Under the pieces are notes generated by a model. It ran no database searches. It had not been told where the DNA came from and saw only the letters and a list, made by a program, of their open reading frames with translations. DNA of 33,707 bases, taken from contig LXFE01001507.1 in NCBI GenBank assembly GCA_001929475.1, positions 1 to 33,707 on the forward strand, given 5' to 3'. Source of the stretch: Neolecta irregularis DAH-3. Its lineage: Eukaryota. The translations under genes were made by a program, and so were the position numbers. This document shows positions 1-12,087 of the stretch, in pieces; position 1 is the stretch's first letter, and each line of letters starts with the position of its first letter.

Positions 1-60
1 ATTCTGATTCTCTGCATTCTGATTCTCTGCATTCTGATTCTCTGTATTCTGATTCTCTGT
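1..60. repeat. 15-bp tandem repeat (ATTCTGATTCTCTGC/T) x4 just 3' of RPS12; may continue beyond the window edge
   Basis: Four near-identical units read directly at 1-60. Confidence 0.9.
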
Positions 61-62
61 AT

Positions 63-564
63 CTACTGCTGTTTAAAATAGTCCAGCAACACATTCAAAG
101 CCTCAGACTCCTCCCCATAATTCTTGACCACACATACAGAACAGTTGACAACTGCAGTCAGCCACCTCCCGCCAAAGACATACCCTTGCGAGGCGTCCCG
201 TCGCGGTCAAGCTTCGCCAGCCCAACCCACTCCCCAAGCTTCTTGCCATCCGCGACTTTGATCAGGTTGATGTTCGCTTCGGCGGCAAGCGCCTCCACAA
301 GCTTGCTGTAGCTCTTCTCGTCGCAGCTCTCCGCAAGAATACAAAGATGAGCCTGTCGTCTGCCGCTTAGCTGCAGAAACACTGCCAATACCGATCAAGC
401 GCCTTGGCTGACTCGCGGATTCCCCGCGCAAGCCCATCGTGCACAAGTGCCCGTTTCAATACTTCCTTGAGCGCCTCTTCTACAGACATACTTCCACTGG
501 TTTTCGTATCAGCAGCGACTTCAACTTCCTCCACTTCCAGAACCTCTCCTTCGTGTGATGACAT
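63..564 (-). CDS. RPS12: 40S ribosomal protein S12 (eS12), 3 exons
   Basis: Spliced product [13 protein letters not shown]...[33 protein letters not shown]...[51 protein letters not shown] introns at 360-391 and 152-183 (32 nt each). Confidence 0.96.
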
Positions 565-667
565 TGTGCAGATATCCTCGAGGTTCAAGTGTGGTGGTGT
601 GTGACTGGAAATCTGAAAATCAGCCTTAATTTACATCATTTCGGTAATTATAACCCAATTCTATAAC

Positions 668-775
668 AATAACGATATTATAACAATGGCAATAATGATA
701 CATGATATGATATAGTTTGGTAATAACGATATTATAACAATGACAATAATGATATATGATATGATATAGCTTGGT
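668..775. repeat. AT-rich 54-bp tandem duplication upstream of RPS12
   Basis: Units 668-721 and 722-775 differ at 3 positions. Confidence 0.85.
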
Positions 776-879
776 AATAATATGTATTTTATCACATGAT
801 ATAGATAGACTGATATGACATTTTATATCCATATGGTTATATTCCATACCATGGTTTATATCTCGTCTGTATTCACCAT

Positions 880-976
880 TACATACTACCTATCATTTCA
901 TCCTGCATCTCTTACATACTACCTATCATTGTCATCCTGCATCTCTACATACTACCTATCATTTCATCCCATCTCT
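880..976. repeat. ~33-bp tandem repeat x3 (TACATACTACCTATCATTTCATCCTGCATCTCT)
   Basis: Units start at 880, 913 and 946, with small indels. Confidence 0.85.
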
Positions 977-1035
977 TCTGCTGGTATTTCACCGAGCCAT
1001 TGTTTCATCATCCTCTCCATTAGTAAAGTCTCGCT

Positions 1036-1439
1036 TTAGACAAACCCATCTGCAAGCCTCTGGGCTACGTCACGGCGTTTTATGTCGGCCCGGAACCGCT
1101 TCTCCTTCAGCATCTCCAATATATTCAAGCATGACGGGTATCTGCATCAGTACAGCTGATTACACGCAAGTACGTCAGAAATCGGGAATATTCAGGGCTT
1201 CTCCAGTATTCCAGATGCTGGAGATAGTTCAGGAATGCAGGATCATCGAAATAGTTGCTTTGCGCGAGAACTATCCATTATCAAAAGCTCACGAAAACAG
1301 TCAACAGTTGAGATACCATGGATTGGCCAGACATTGGACAAATTCAAGATCCAATTCGAACAATGCTTGTGGGCTAAAAGTCAAATTTATACGCATCAGG
1401 CATATACTCTTTTGAAAGGTCGGCCTCGGCAGTCGTCAT
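1036..1439 (-). CDS. MED31: Mediator subunit Med31/Soh1, 4 small exons
   Basis: Removing introns 1374-1407, 1271-1305 and 1142-1173 gives [100 protein letters not shown], which carries the Med31 signature FExELEFVQxLANPxYL. Confidence 0.93.
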
Positions 1440-1666
1440 CAACGAACTGCTTGTTAAAATGCTGCCTATCAAAGTTGAATCTACAGATATATCAAAAACA
1501 GATATTACAGCATATTACACTTTTATAAGAATATTACATTTAAATAAATGCCTCCTTGAATTTGCCTTTAGGTCAGGGACTGGAGCGTCGTCATCCTCCG
1601 ATACATCTTCCGCTCCCTTCTTCCCCATTCGCTTCCTGCCATTCAATTCAGTCTGTGGTTTAAACC

Positions 1667-4600
1667 ATGCAGGAGCACTCGTCTGATCAGCCTGAAAAGA
1701 CTTTTCCATACTTTCAAACTCTACCCTACCAGAACGAATCCCGCGAGTATCAACTTTTGATTCTTCGCGATATCAAGAAGAACATTTACCTCTGCCTAGA
1801 AGCTGGTGACTATGACCTTGCAGCAGATCATTGGGTAGCGAAGCAATTCGCAATATGGCTCGACCTAAAGTTCTCGTTGCCCCAAGATGATCGTCTCGAA
1901 CTCGCAAAGCTCTTCTATCACCTCGCATTACAGCCTGGAATAGAACGAAACAACCACAAGATCTTTGGAAAAGCTTTTGTTCGATTAACCAAGAATAAAA
2001 AGTACTTTAAAGGCGTCGATTTTCTCTTGGATTGGAAGCCTTACTATGCTGTTCTGAAAAAAGTTCTATTCCCGAGAGATTTGGATATCCCAAAAAAGGC
2101 AAAGATTCTTCATGACCTCGACATGTCTACCATGAAGAATATATCCTTCAGAGCTAATCAGTTCTACGATGCCAATCATATTCTGGATATTCTCCAAACA
2201 ATCCTCCCCCAAGTACTGCCCCGGTGACCTCCGTTATTCATTACTAGTACCATCTTGGACCAGGTGCAGCCGGCATAAGCACAGTTGCAGCACTCAATCT
2301 TATACTGCCCTTTAAAATTCCAGTAACAGCAAGCAAAGAAGCCCAGCCCGCCTTTTGGTTACCAAGTAATTTATTTCTGTGATAAACACTTAATTCCGTA
2401 GCAATTTTCTATCTGTGGCAAACAGTACCAGACTCTCCTTCATACGATTCTCTCTTTTTAGGATTCAACTCTAGACTCGCCGCGGAATGCATTAAAATAT
2501 CTCACATACCTTTTGGCGAATACGGGCTCTTCTCTGCAGAACAGTTTTCGTACATCTTCACTGCTGCATTACGCGACCTGTCGATCCCAGTGGGACTTCG
2601 TCGGGAAGGTGCTCATTTGACCAATTCATTGGAAAACAGCGCAGTTATTGGAGGTACTCTACTGAAGCAAGGTAGTTCAAATGATACATATTCCGCATAC
2701 AAAGCATTTGGCAGAATCGTCGTTTACTCGATTGTTCCTCAGCTAGAACCACGACATGATGCAATTGCAGAATTACAAGATTTCATCAAATCAGTAGAGA
2801 CCAATCTGCATCCTTCAAATTCGGGGCAATGGTCTGGAAACCTCTCGACTTTTATTTGGACTATAACATATTACCTGTTTGAACGATGGTCAACCGAACA
2901 CGAAGATGACTGCGAAACCCCAGACGACCGTAAATTGACAATAGAGCTTGTAAAGCGCGTCACATTGATCCTGCGTCCAATAATTTTCACTGTCATGTTT
3001 GATAAGAATTCAAAGAACGCCAGTTTGGCGCGGTCTGCATTGAAACATTTAGCTCAGTTGCAGCCAGACCTCATCCTTCCCGGTGCCTTGAGGAGAATTT
3101 ATCCCTCGCTCCAGAGCATCGATGAGGTACGCTTTGTGAATTTGTATTTGCTAAAAACAGTCTCATCGGAGTATGACCTGTCTTCATGCCTTGGCTTCAA
3201 TTGCCCAAGCGCTAGTCGATAATAAGTATTACCGGTGCCATGTTATCCCTCTCATGAGTCTTGTCCTTAATGGAATTAACCCAATCAACGTCGACAAATG
3301 CGTTGCCAGTCTCGACGTCTTGCAAACTTTCGCCAGGATCGTCCCCTTTGTCGATCTTTCAGACGTTGAAACTGCTCAAGTCGCTATGGATTGGATCGGC
3401 TCTGATGTAGAGATGATCGAAAAGCTTGTGGACGACGACGACTGTGATCAATCACGTCCTGATGACGACATCGAAGAAACGGTATTCAAGGGCACTACTT
3501 CATCATTCCCGGAAATCCTCACGACCTACATCGGAAAGGTTTTCACAGTTTTGGAAAACTTGCCCGAACGAAAAGTGCGAAGTGGAAAATCCCCTGAAGA
3601 TTCTGTTGTATTAGCAATCTCTGGAGCTACAGACGCAATTTTTTCAGGTCTATCCTCTGAACTCTTCGATCATGCGCTTGATAAGATTGTGCACTTTGCT
3701 GTGAATAACGTCCTCCATCATGCGACTGATGCGATGAGCTATCTTTGTAATTGTTGCGTACAACGCGACTCTTTCAAAACTTTCCGAAAGCTTCTACCTC
3801 TTCTACTGGCCAATATTCGCAGTGAAATCGAGGACAACAGAGCCGGATCCGCTCGTGCAACAGGAACAGAAATTCCTCCTAGAGATAGAGCTCTAGTGTG
3901 GAATTTACAGATACTCACCACATGCTGCCATGGCGCTGGATCGTCACTTTATAAATATGGAAACGAGTTTAAAGAGATCATTAGTTACATTCTAGAGAAA
4001 TGCCAGGGCCTGACGATGCCTCATGCTGTTGAAGTCATGAAGACATACTTGGGCTGTTTAGTAAACTTCACCCCTCTTGAGACTCGAGGCAGCAAAGAAG
4101 ACCAGCAATCGCCTCGTACCGCCCTAGCTATTTTTCATCCTGTTGATTTTATTCAGGAAGAGGACAGCACGATTGGGGAGTAATCACGGATCTCAAGAAT
4201 TTCTCGATTGCATGGCATAATCCGTCCCAAGATGAGATTTCGCTTGCAGTTGAAATATTTCTTAAACAAACAGCAAAGGCCATCTCTGCTTTGGATTATT
4301 CCATGAACTCTTACATGAACCTGACCCCGAAAGCACGAATCGAATGCGTTGATGATATGTGCCGTAATCTCAACATTCTCCGATCAGCATCATCGAGTGT
4401 ATCCGTCTTATTTGATCCTGCAACCGGTAAAGATGTCAAGACCAACTGGGGAGAGGAGTACCGCTACTGATTTAATAGTTTTGCTGATTGAACAGCGAGG
4501 ATATTGTCATGCCCCCTTTTTATGCTAGTGGCTTTTTCTTCAAAGATCGCATGGACGATACCCGTTATCTTCAGCTTGTAGCTGCCCGGACTCAAATCGC

Positions 4601-7600
4601 GGAGCAGTTCCTCAAAATGCTTGAATATATGGAATCTCATTGTAATGACGAAGTTCGACTTTACAAGTACATGATTGCAGTATGTACATTATTTATTGTT
4701 TGGCTTATTTTCAGGCAATAAGCACTTGGTTCTGTGACTTTGGGATGAGTAATCAATATCCAGCTATGAATGGTACCATCAGTGCTATATGTGCAGAAAA
4801 GAAGAAATATGGAATCAAGGGGGCTCGGAAACAATGGCCTCGAACGACCCTGGGTAGGACATTTATTTCGGTCGAATTTAACTTTCTAGTTCGTAGGGCG
4901 TCCGCTTACCAGTTATTAAGACATCGAATTAACATTGCACACAGAAATCCAACTCTTCTTGATAAAAAACTTACTGCCAGAATATTAGACCTCTCGATTA
5001 GTCCGTATGCGGAAATCAGAATGTATGTCGTTTTCTTGAACGATGATTTGATAATGGTAGAAATGCCCAGGCAACTCTCGAGATAGTAGCGAGAGTTATT
5101 GCTGGATCCCGGTTCGACATCGCTTCCAAGGTTCTTGAATCGACTCGCACCGACAATCTCGAAGTCATAAAAGGAGCTTTATTTACAATGCTCGTCAGAC
5201 CATTTCAAACGGTTATCATATCGAGTCCATCCTATATGAGAAAGGCTTTCGCCAATTTAGTGCTTGCCAGCAAAATTCACAAAGTATCTCTCTTAGATAG
5301 CCTTTTTTTCACAGCCTAGCCTTCGATACAGATCCTTGTTCGTAGAGTTCAAATGACACTTGCGATGGAGTTTAACCTGAAACGTCGATTCGACTATCCC
5401 GTTCAAGGTTTGATTAAAGCATCAAACTCTGATCAAGTTTCCCAAAGCCTCATCAATACATTAAGAAGCAAGATTGAAAAGAAAGCTGATGTCGACCTAC
5501 AGTCCAAGATTGCTTTTGTATGCATGTACTAAGACGATGTGATTAACTTTTTCAGAGGAAGGAACTCATCGAAATTGCCGGAGCGCCTCACACTGTCAAC
5601 GCTTCTTTTGCTGTTAGTTTACTCCACGATAATCTAGCCGACTATTGCGACCTCCCCGAGCAGGATCTTCTTACTCTTTGCGTTAAAGGACTATACGATT
5701 CGCACCCACAACAACGGTATCTATGGTATGCTGTTTCCTCTGGGGTTTGATACTCTTCTCGAGTCTTTCTCCTGACAATAAGATCCTGAGCCCCATATGG
5801 CAACGGGTCTTTGCTCAGAATAACCGCGCAAATTGGGTCTTGGACGAAGTTCGTGCGCCAAATACGACCTATGTCAGCACTCAATCGGACCCGGACTTTT
5901 TGGAATTATTTCTTCATCGAAAAGTACATTCCAACCAGAAGCAGTAATCATCCATCTGTCCCTGTTTTTTGATCCCTAGAATATATTTTGATTCATGCAA
6001 CAAAGGTTGGCTGGCTTGGCCTGATAGGATTGAAGCATGGTCCAACAATCTCACGATCATTACACAAAATCTAACAGGCGAAGAGCGTGAATCAGTCGAT
6101 TACCTTGCGAAACAGCTGACTCCGGACTTCTTCAGAGCCTTTTTTGAACGACTGACAGAAGAACCGCCTGGCCATCTCGGCAACAATTTCAATCATGGCT
6201 TGGTAATATCTTGCAAGCTTCTTTTTACCATTTTGTGGTCGAGTAATTATGGTGCGACACCAGAAGAAGTTAAAGAACAGATTCTCGAGATGTATGGCAA
6301 AGGCAGTATTGTTCACCAGCACAGAGCTCTCAGCGAGGTTTTGTCTGCTCTGCTTAGATCCTTGAGATTTGCAAACGAAGAGCAACAAGAACAAGTCTGG
6401 GAATGGATCATGCCGCTTCTGCAGAAGATATTCTCAGATGATCTTACACCTGACAATATTAACTTTTGGAAAGACTTCATTCACATATCAGTGGTATACA
6501 GTAAGCCTTTCTTCAGCTCATCGTTTAGGAAAATCAAGATCCACTTCGTAGTGAACCGCTTATCAGTATGCTGTTATCGTTTAGGCTTGACCGTTCATCC
6601 AATGCTGCCTTTAAGGAAGCTTCGCGGTTCAGGCTAATTCGATCCGCTATCTCAATGGCAGGGTGGAAATTTCCTACTGCTTCGGATACTTATAATCATC
6701 TCGTCTTGAATATCGATCATCCTTTTACCGGTATGTTTCATTTAAGTTTTGATGAAACTTATTATTCAAGGTGTTCGCAAGGAAATTGCGGCATGTCTGA
6801 ATAGATTCGATGCAGCTAGGGTAAATCCTTCTTTTCGTAATGCTCTTACGCTCCTTACTCTCAATTATTCCGCTGGAACTCTTGGGGCATTTCGTACTAC
6901 GAATGGTCAACTTCGAACTACTTGGACCAAGATTTTTCAACAAATTGACATTTGGCGTTTGGAAAGGCAGCCGGGAACCGAGATTCCGACACCGTACACG
7001 CTCGCTTCGAAGACTGTGATTTCATGGCTCAAAGCTGGATTTGAAAGTATCCGAGCACCCTCGCGTCTAGCAGCACTCGCATTTGATCTGATATATCCGG
7101 CTATTTTGCACATGGCTGATGTCAAAGAGGACGACGAGCTGAGTGACATGGCTCAAAATCTTTTGGTTCTCATGTCTGCCATCCAATATCCTTCCTGGTT
7201 ATGTCCTATGATGGTTCAGGGAATCGTTCAAACAGCCCAGTCTGAGAAGTGGCATCATCGTCAACGAATTCTTCAGTTTATTCAAGTTTTCTATTTTGAC
7301 CATTTATTTCGACTGACACAAACCGACAAAAGTACCCTACGCGAAGTCGTTATCCGCGCATTAGCCGATCCACAACTTGAAATCAGGCAGTTGGCCTCGT
7401 ACACACTCGGTGGTATAGTAACTTGCTCGGCAACGACAGCCGATCGACCCGACGGTCTTGATATTCCCAAAATGGCCGAGAGATTTTCTCGCGAACTCGA
7501 CAAATTTAGACTTCCTTTTCAACGAGCTGGAGATACCAACCCTGGTACGCCAGATCAAGGTCTCCTCATCGGACGACACGCTGCTGTTCTGGGTCTAGGT

Positions 7601-7837
7601 GCCTTGATTCTGGCCTTTCCTTATTCCATTGAACGGGAATGGATGCCAAAGACTTTGGCTTTATATGCTCGGAAGGCAGCAAGTGACTCGGGAATGATTG
7701 GTAATACTGTCAAGAAAACACTGGCGGACTTCAAAAAGACCCATTCTGAAAGCTGGGTACGAAGAGATATCAAATTCTTTTCACAGGAGGAACTGGACGA
7801 TCTTGAAGGTGTTTTTACAAAGAGTTATTTTGTATAG
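1667..7837 (+). CDS. BLM10: Proteasome activator Blm10/PA200 (HEAT-repeat protein), multi-exon
   Basis: Consecutive exons joined by short GT-AG introns. Motifs ETNLHPSNSGQWS, WHNPSQDE, RHAAVLGLGALILAFPY and KKTLADFKKTHSESW; C-terminal SYFV proteasome gate-opening motif. The start codon is the least certain part. Confidence 0.92.
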
Positions 7838-8860
7838 CTTGTGGGATTAATTGATAATAAGGGAGTTGTTAGTGACGCTGTAATTCGGTAGTTATTTGCA
7901 GTTTTGATTCATTGCTACTTATAGAAACAGAGTTGTCTTTATCGGTCACATTGGTTATTGGGTACCGGTGCTGGTTTCGAGAAATCCCAGTCCTTTTTCC
8001 GTACCTGATAAAGAGGAATAAAGCGAATAAATGAGCATATTTGTTATGCAACTCACGCGAGGGGCAAATGCAGCTATTATCTATGAAGAAAAAGTGGGTT
8101 AGAATCCGAGTCCGTGGCCCTGCATACCACGGTTGCAGTTACAGGATTTACCCCAGCAGGAACACGAGTGGGCGCGGGATTATACTTACTGGTCGAGATA
8201 AATGCACTCATGGCGAGCAGAATCATAGTCAATTAGACGCAGCTGCACTCGACAGACTACGATTACAAGAAGAATTTATGATGTCTTGGTGGAGGCTAGC
8301 GTAGCTGTTTTCGGAATGGCTATTTTGGCGATGTGTTACACGATATTTCCGTTCGAAGTATTGCGCTCAAGTGCAGTCTTTTCAATCGTATACTCGAGTC
8401 CTCAAGCATTTCATCGTATTGAAACATGAAGGCTCAACACTTTCGCTTTCCCGCGCCGATAATTCTTCAAATATCACAGCAGAGAAGAATAAGAGTTTGT
8501 AACGATTACAGTATAAGCGTGGCTTGAGCCTGGACTTTGGGCTTGAAGATCAGGCTACTAAAAATATCCTGTAGCAGTTTCAGATCTTGCAGATCTTTTT
8601 GTCTCCATGGTTTCAAGTTCCTCATGCGGTCATTAGACTGGCAAGAATGTTGCCATCAGCCATGTGGCTTAACCAAATTTCCGATCTTGGTTCGGGGAAC
8701 GGCAGTTAACCAGAATTATCCGCCATGTCCGGAAAAGGACGACTCGTGGGTTTGGCGATCTGGCTTAAAGAAAGAAACATGGGGCTGGCTTTTGTCATCC
8801 CGCTTAAAGAAGGTGACGGACTGATTCGGTTGATTTCACTCCTCTCGACCACTCACCGTC

Positions 8861-9664
8861 ATGACCGTTGCAATACCGGATATCGACTCGTGGATCTTCA
8901 AGACGGGAGTCGTCTCATATTCCCTATACTCTGCTAGCGGTGTGTTGTTGGTGTTATTCAACGACCTGCGCATGGCTGAATCGTACCGTAGATGGTTTAT
9001 CAGTCACTTTTTGTTCGTAGGATTATTAGCCGGGGGAAGTTTTTCGGTGTTAATATTCTTATTGAACGGGCCCGTCTATGTGTCGAGGAATTTTGTTCGA
9101 TTGACCTACGATGTATACGGGATTTTCGAGACTGGGATTTCATATGCTCGAATACCGAAACTGCTGATGAATCGATCTCATCTTTTGTTTTCAACAACAA
9201 TATTTATCCTGGGCCAGATAGCGATGATTGGTGCAATACCGCTATACTTCGTATCCTTCGTCATTGATGAGCCTCAATTCCTGATTTTTCTCAAAGTGTG
9301 GGACACTACAGCCGCAGTGTTCTTCATCATGATCGAAGTCAACACACTTATAGCATCTTTGATGATGAAAGGCGATCTCGGCGTCGACTTCGAGATGTTT
9401 CGTATCACTGAAATGATCCTGGTCGGATTAATCGCGGCGAATGCATGGGCTGGAATAGCAGGATTATATTCGTTGATGTACCTGGAATTTGGTAGACTTT
9501 CTCTTGAATGTTTTGCTCTTTTGTGCGGGGCGCAGGCGATGGTGGCATATGGAGAAGTATTTCGTTGGGCCAGAGCACTGAGAAACGAAGGGACCAAGTT
9601 GTCCGTGATATCACGTTCTGGAAACCAGCCTACATATTCTGGAGAGCTGTGCGAAAGATCTTGA
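8861..9664 (+). CDS. Orphan intronless integral membrane protein, about 7 predicted TM helices
   Basis: 267-aa ATG-initiated ORF with seven hydrophobic segments and a short polar/basic C-terminal tail. No family recognised. Confidence 0.75.
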   Translation: MTVAIPDIDSWIFKTGVVSYSLYSASGVLLVLFNDLRMAESYRRWFISHFLFVGLLAGGSFSVLIFLLNGPVYVSRNFVRLTYDVYGIFETGISYARIPKLLMNRSHLLFSTTIFILGQIAMIGAIPLYFVSFVIDEPQFLIFLKVWDTTAAVFFIMIEVNTLIASLMMKGDLGVDFEMFRITEMILVGLIAANAWAGIAGLYSLMYLEFGRLSLECFALLCGAQAMVAYGEVFRWARALRNEGTKLSVISRSGNQPTYSGELCERS

Positions 9665-9777
9665 ATTAGAAATACATAATATTGGCGACGCACAATAAGA
9701 TGTTGAACGTACCTGAATTCGCTCGAACTGATTTGTATCACTTTCGACCTCACGTCTCCGCGTCTGTAGTCCATAAC

Positions 9778-10597
9778 ATGGAAATTGCCGGAGGGATTCC
9801 TCCCCCACCGTCTACAGACTCTCATCTTAGTTCAATAATCGCAGATAATGCTTCTCGTACTGTTCTTTTGTCAGAACAAGCCTGAGGAAATAGTTCTAGA
9901 GAACCTTCCGCTCGAAATTCAACGCTCACTTTTCTTTATTAAATATCATGATCAGCAATCAGGAATACTAGAAACGGAGCTGGATTCATTGTCCAAGGAA
10001 AGGGATTTGGATAGAATGGGGGCTGCCCTGTGGACTCTTCTAGGAAATCGAAGACAGAATGTCCGAGAAGCGGAGGTTGTTCTAGAGAAGGTGCTTTCGA
10101 GTGTGCAACAAACAAGGCTTATTGAAAGGTAACAAAAGAGTTTGAGCGGATAAAGACGGAAAAAGCAAGATATGAAGAAAGGCTGAAAGAGCTATATCCT
10201 TCAAACCCTTTGGAAATGGAAGAGGAGCTGGCTGTGGAGGGTCTGGGGGAGAGGAAGGTTAAAAGGAAAGGTCAAAGGAATAAACAACAGCCGAAACGGA
10301 TTGTGCAGTATGGGTTTTTCTCCCGCACTGCTGATCTGGTAGAGAAACTGCAGAGGACGAGGGCATCTATTGTTTTTGTCGAGATGTCTCATATGGTCAG
10401 GTATATTTCATTCTTTGGACAGGTCTCATTTACAGATGGTTGCTTGTGAAAACCCTGATTGTCCTAATGAATGGTATCATTTCCGCTGTGTGAAAATGAG
10501 TAGGGAACCAAAGGGAGACTGGTGGTGTCCGTTGTATGCATGATTCATTCCGACAACGTTATTAACGGACAGATGCAGAGATAAAAAGAAGAAATGA
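9778..10597 (+). CDS. ING-family chromatin reader (Yng/Pho23/Png-like) with C-terminal PHD finger, ~6 exons
   Basis: ING N-terminal motif LENLPLEIQRSL and spliced PHD IYCFCRDVSYGQMVACENPDCPNEWYHFRCVKMSREPKGDWWCPLC. Confidence 0.9.
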
Positions 10598-10668
10598 CAA
10601 AACTCCCTGCTAGTCTACCCAAACCCCGAAACCTGTCCTGTGTAAATAGAGATACTGTAAATAAATAA

Positions 10669-11726
10669 TTAATTATTGCCTTGCTTCAACCTCTCCACGT
10701 GTTTGGTTGCGATTTTCAACCTGGTTTGGGTTCGATCCAAATCCGTATCGGTTTCACTCAACAGTTGATGCTGAGAAGATAGTTCCTGGTTGATCGCCTG
10801 GCCGAGCTCTTTCTGCCTCGCCAAAATCCTTTCGAATTCTAATAGATGAGAATCTTGATCGGACATTATTTCGGTCTGTAGCTGAAGCAACCCAGAATTG
10901 TCAAGCTGCCTTGTCTTTTCGGTTTCCTTGATTGCTCCAAACACCCGTCGAGTAGGAGATTTCATATTTCGTGCGTGCGGCGGGGATCGATCGAGGGATG
11001 GAGATTGTGACTTGATGTTCATGGAAAGAATTTCTAGTCCATCGCGTTCCTGCTTGAGAACCTCGACTAGATCCCGCCGCCGCCGCTTCTCGCCTTCAGG
11101 GACTTCCATAGTCTCTAGACTCGAGGCCATATTTGAAATCTTGATTCCAGCAGACACAAGAGCACGTTTTGCACCTGCACTTTCTGAGTGACTTTCACTC
11201 ACACTGCTGGCCTCTGTGCGGCGAATCAGATGGGTTCGAGTAATTTGGAGCAATTGCTTTGTTTCTCTGAGCACGTCGTTCCATTCTTGAGGAGTTCCAA
11301 TACCCTTGTTTATGAAGCCTGACGGTTTCTTGTAAACCGGAAGGCCAAGAAACTGTCTCCATTCAGGGCAGGATCTCCACCCATTATCTTCGTGATCACG
11401 AATGGACAAGAGATAGAGCTCTAGGCCAACACGGCGTTGCTCGATGAGGCTGGATGACTGGATGGTGCTTGCGATGAAATGCTTTGGAGGCAGCGGTGCG
11501 GGAGGGGCAACACCGGTAGTGGCGAGCAGAGAGGAATGGAGGTCAGCAAACTCTGAGTACCGCTTGGAGAGAACATAGGAGCGGAGAGGAAGGGCGATGT
11601 GGATGTTGTAGACGACGTGGGACTTTGGAGAGCCTGCCTATACAGCGGTAAGCAGACAGATGGCCGGGAGGGTTGTACTGTGCCGGTGGTCGGGATGGAG
11701 AGCTGGAGATCCTCGGATGCAGACAT
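10669..11726 (-). CDS. VAM7: PX-domain Qc-SNARE Vam7
   Basis: After one 41-nt intron: PX domain (HVVYNIHI...KRYSEFADLH...PLPPKH...RRVGLELYL) and a C-terminal SNARE motif (QDSHLLEFERILARQKELGQAINQELSSQ) with no TM anchor. Confidence 0.9.
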
Positions 11727-11744
11727 AGGAGATGGTGGTTGTGT

Positions 11745-11852
11745 ATTGAGGTGTTGGCTATACGTTGATATGTTGATATGTTAATGTGATTATATGTTGA
11801 TGTGGTTATATGTTGATATGTTGATGTGGAGATATGTTGATGTGCTGGTGTG
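11745..11852. repeat. Degenerate low-complexity (TATGTTGA-like) repeat in the VAM7/SIP3 divergent intergenic region
   Basis: Repeated tatgttga / atgtgg units. Confidence 0.7.
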
Positions 11853-11969
11853 TTAGCTATGGCGAGTCGCTCAAAGGATGCTGACTAAAAGGCGAAGGAT
11901 GGCGTTGCGGGCGGCGCGGGAACCTCCAGCGCCACTGGGCGCCACCAGGCGTTTGCTGTTTGGTCGCCC

Positions 11970-12018
11970 TGCCACGTGCAGTGGCCAGTACGTCATCGTG
12001 GGAACAGTGCCACGTGCA
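11970..12018. promoter_or_regulatory. Two identical TGCCACGTGCA E-box elements
   Basis: CACGTG at 11973-11978 and 12011-12016 with identical flanks, 70-115 bp upstream of the SIP3 ATG. Confidence 0.45.
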
Positions 12019-12087
12019 ACCAACGGCAACAACCAACCTCCAGCACGTCATCGCCTGGCGGAACGATCGCGAATCCCGACAGGCGCA

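Noticed and set aside
1..976. Tandem repeats as a CRISPR array or telomere
   Set aside because: No unique spacers, no cas genes, eukaryotic context, and the units are not telomere-like.
626..1039. ORFs 626-847 (-) and 815-1039 (+) with repeated His/Tyr/Cys peptides
   Set aside because: They are translations of the 54-bp and 33-bp tandem repeats in AT-rich intergenic DNA; no other coding evidence.
7826..7837. Blm10 ending in YFV rather than the yeast YYA motif
   Set aside because: Compatible with the broader Tyr-aromatic-X gate-opening motif; not considered novel.
9274..9825. 183-aa antisense ORF over the 7-TM gene, and similar antisense ORFs elsewhere
   Set aside because: Shadow frames of real genes without recognisable protein features.
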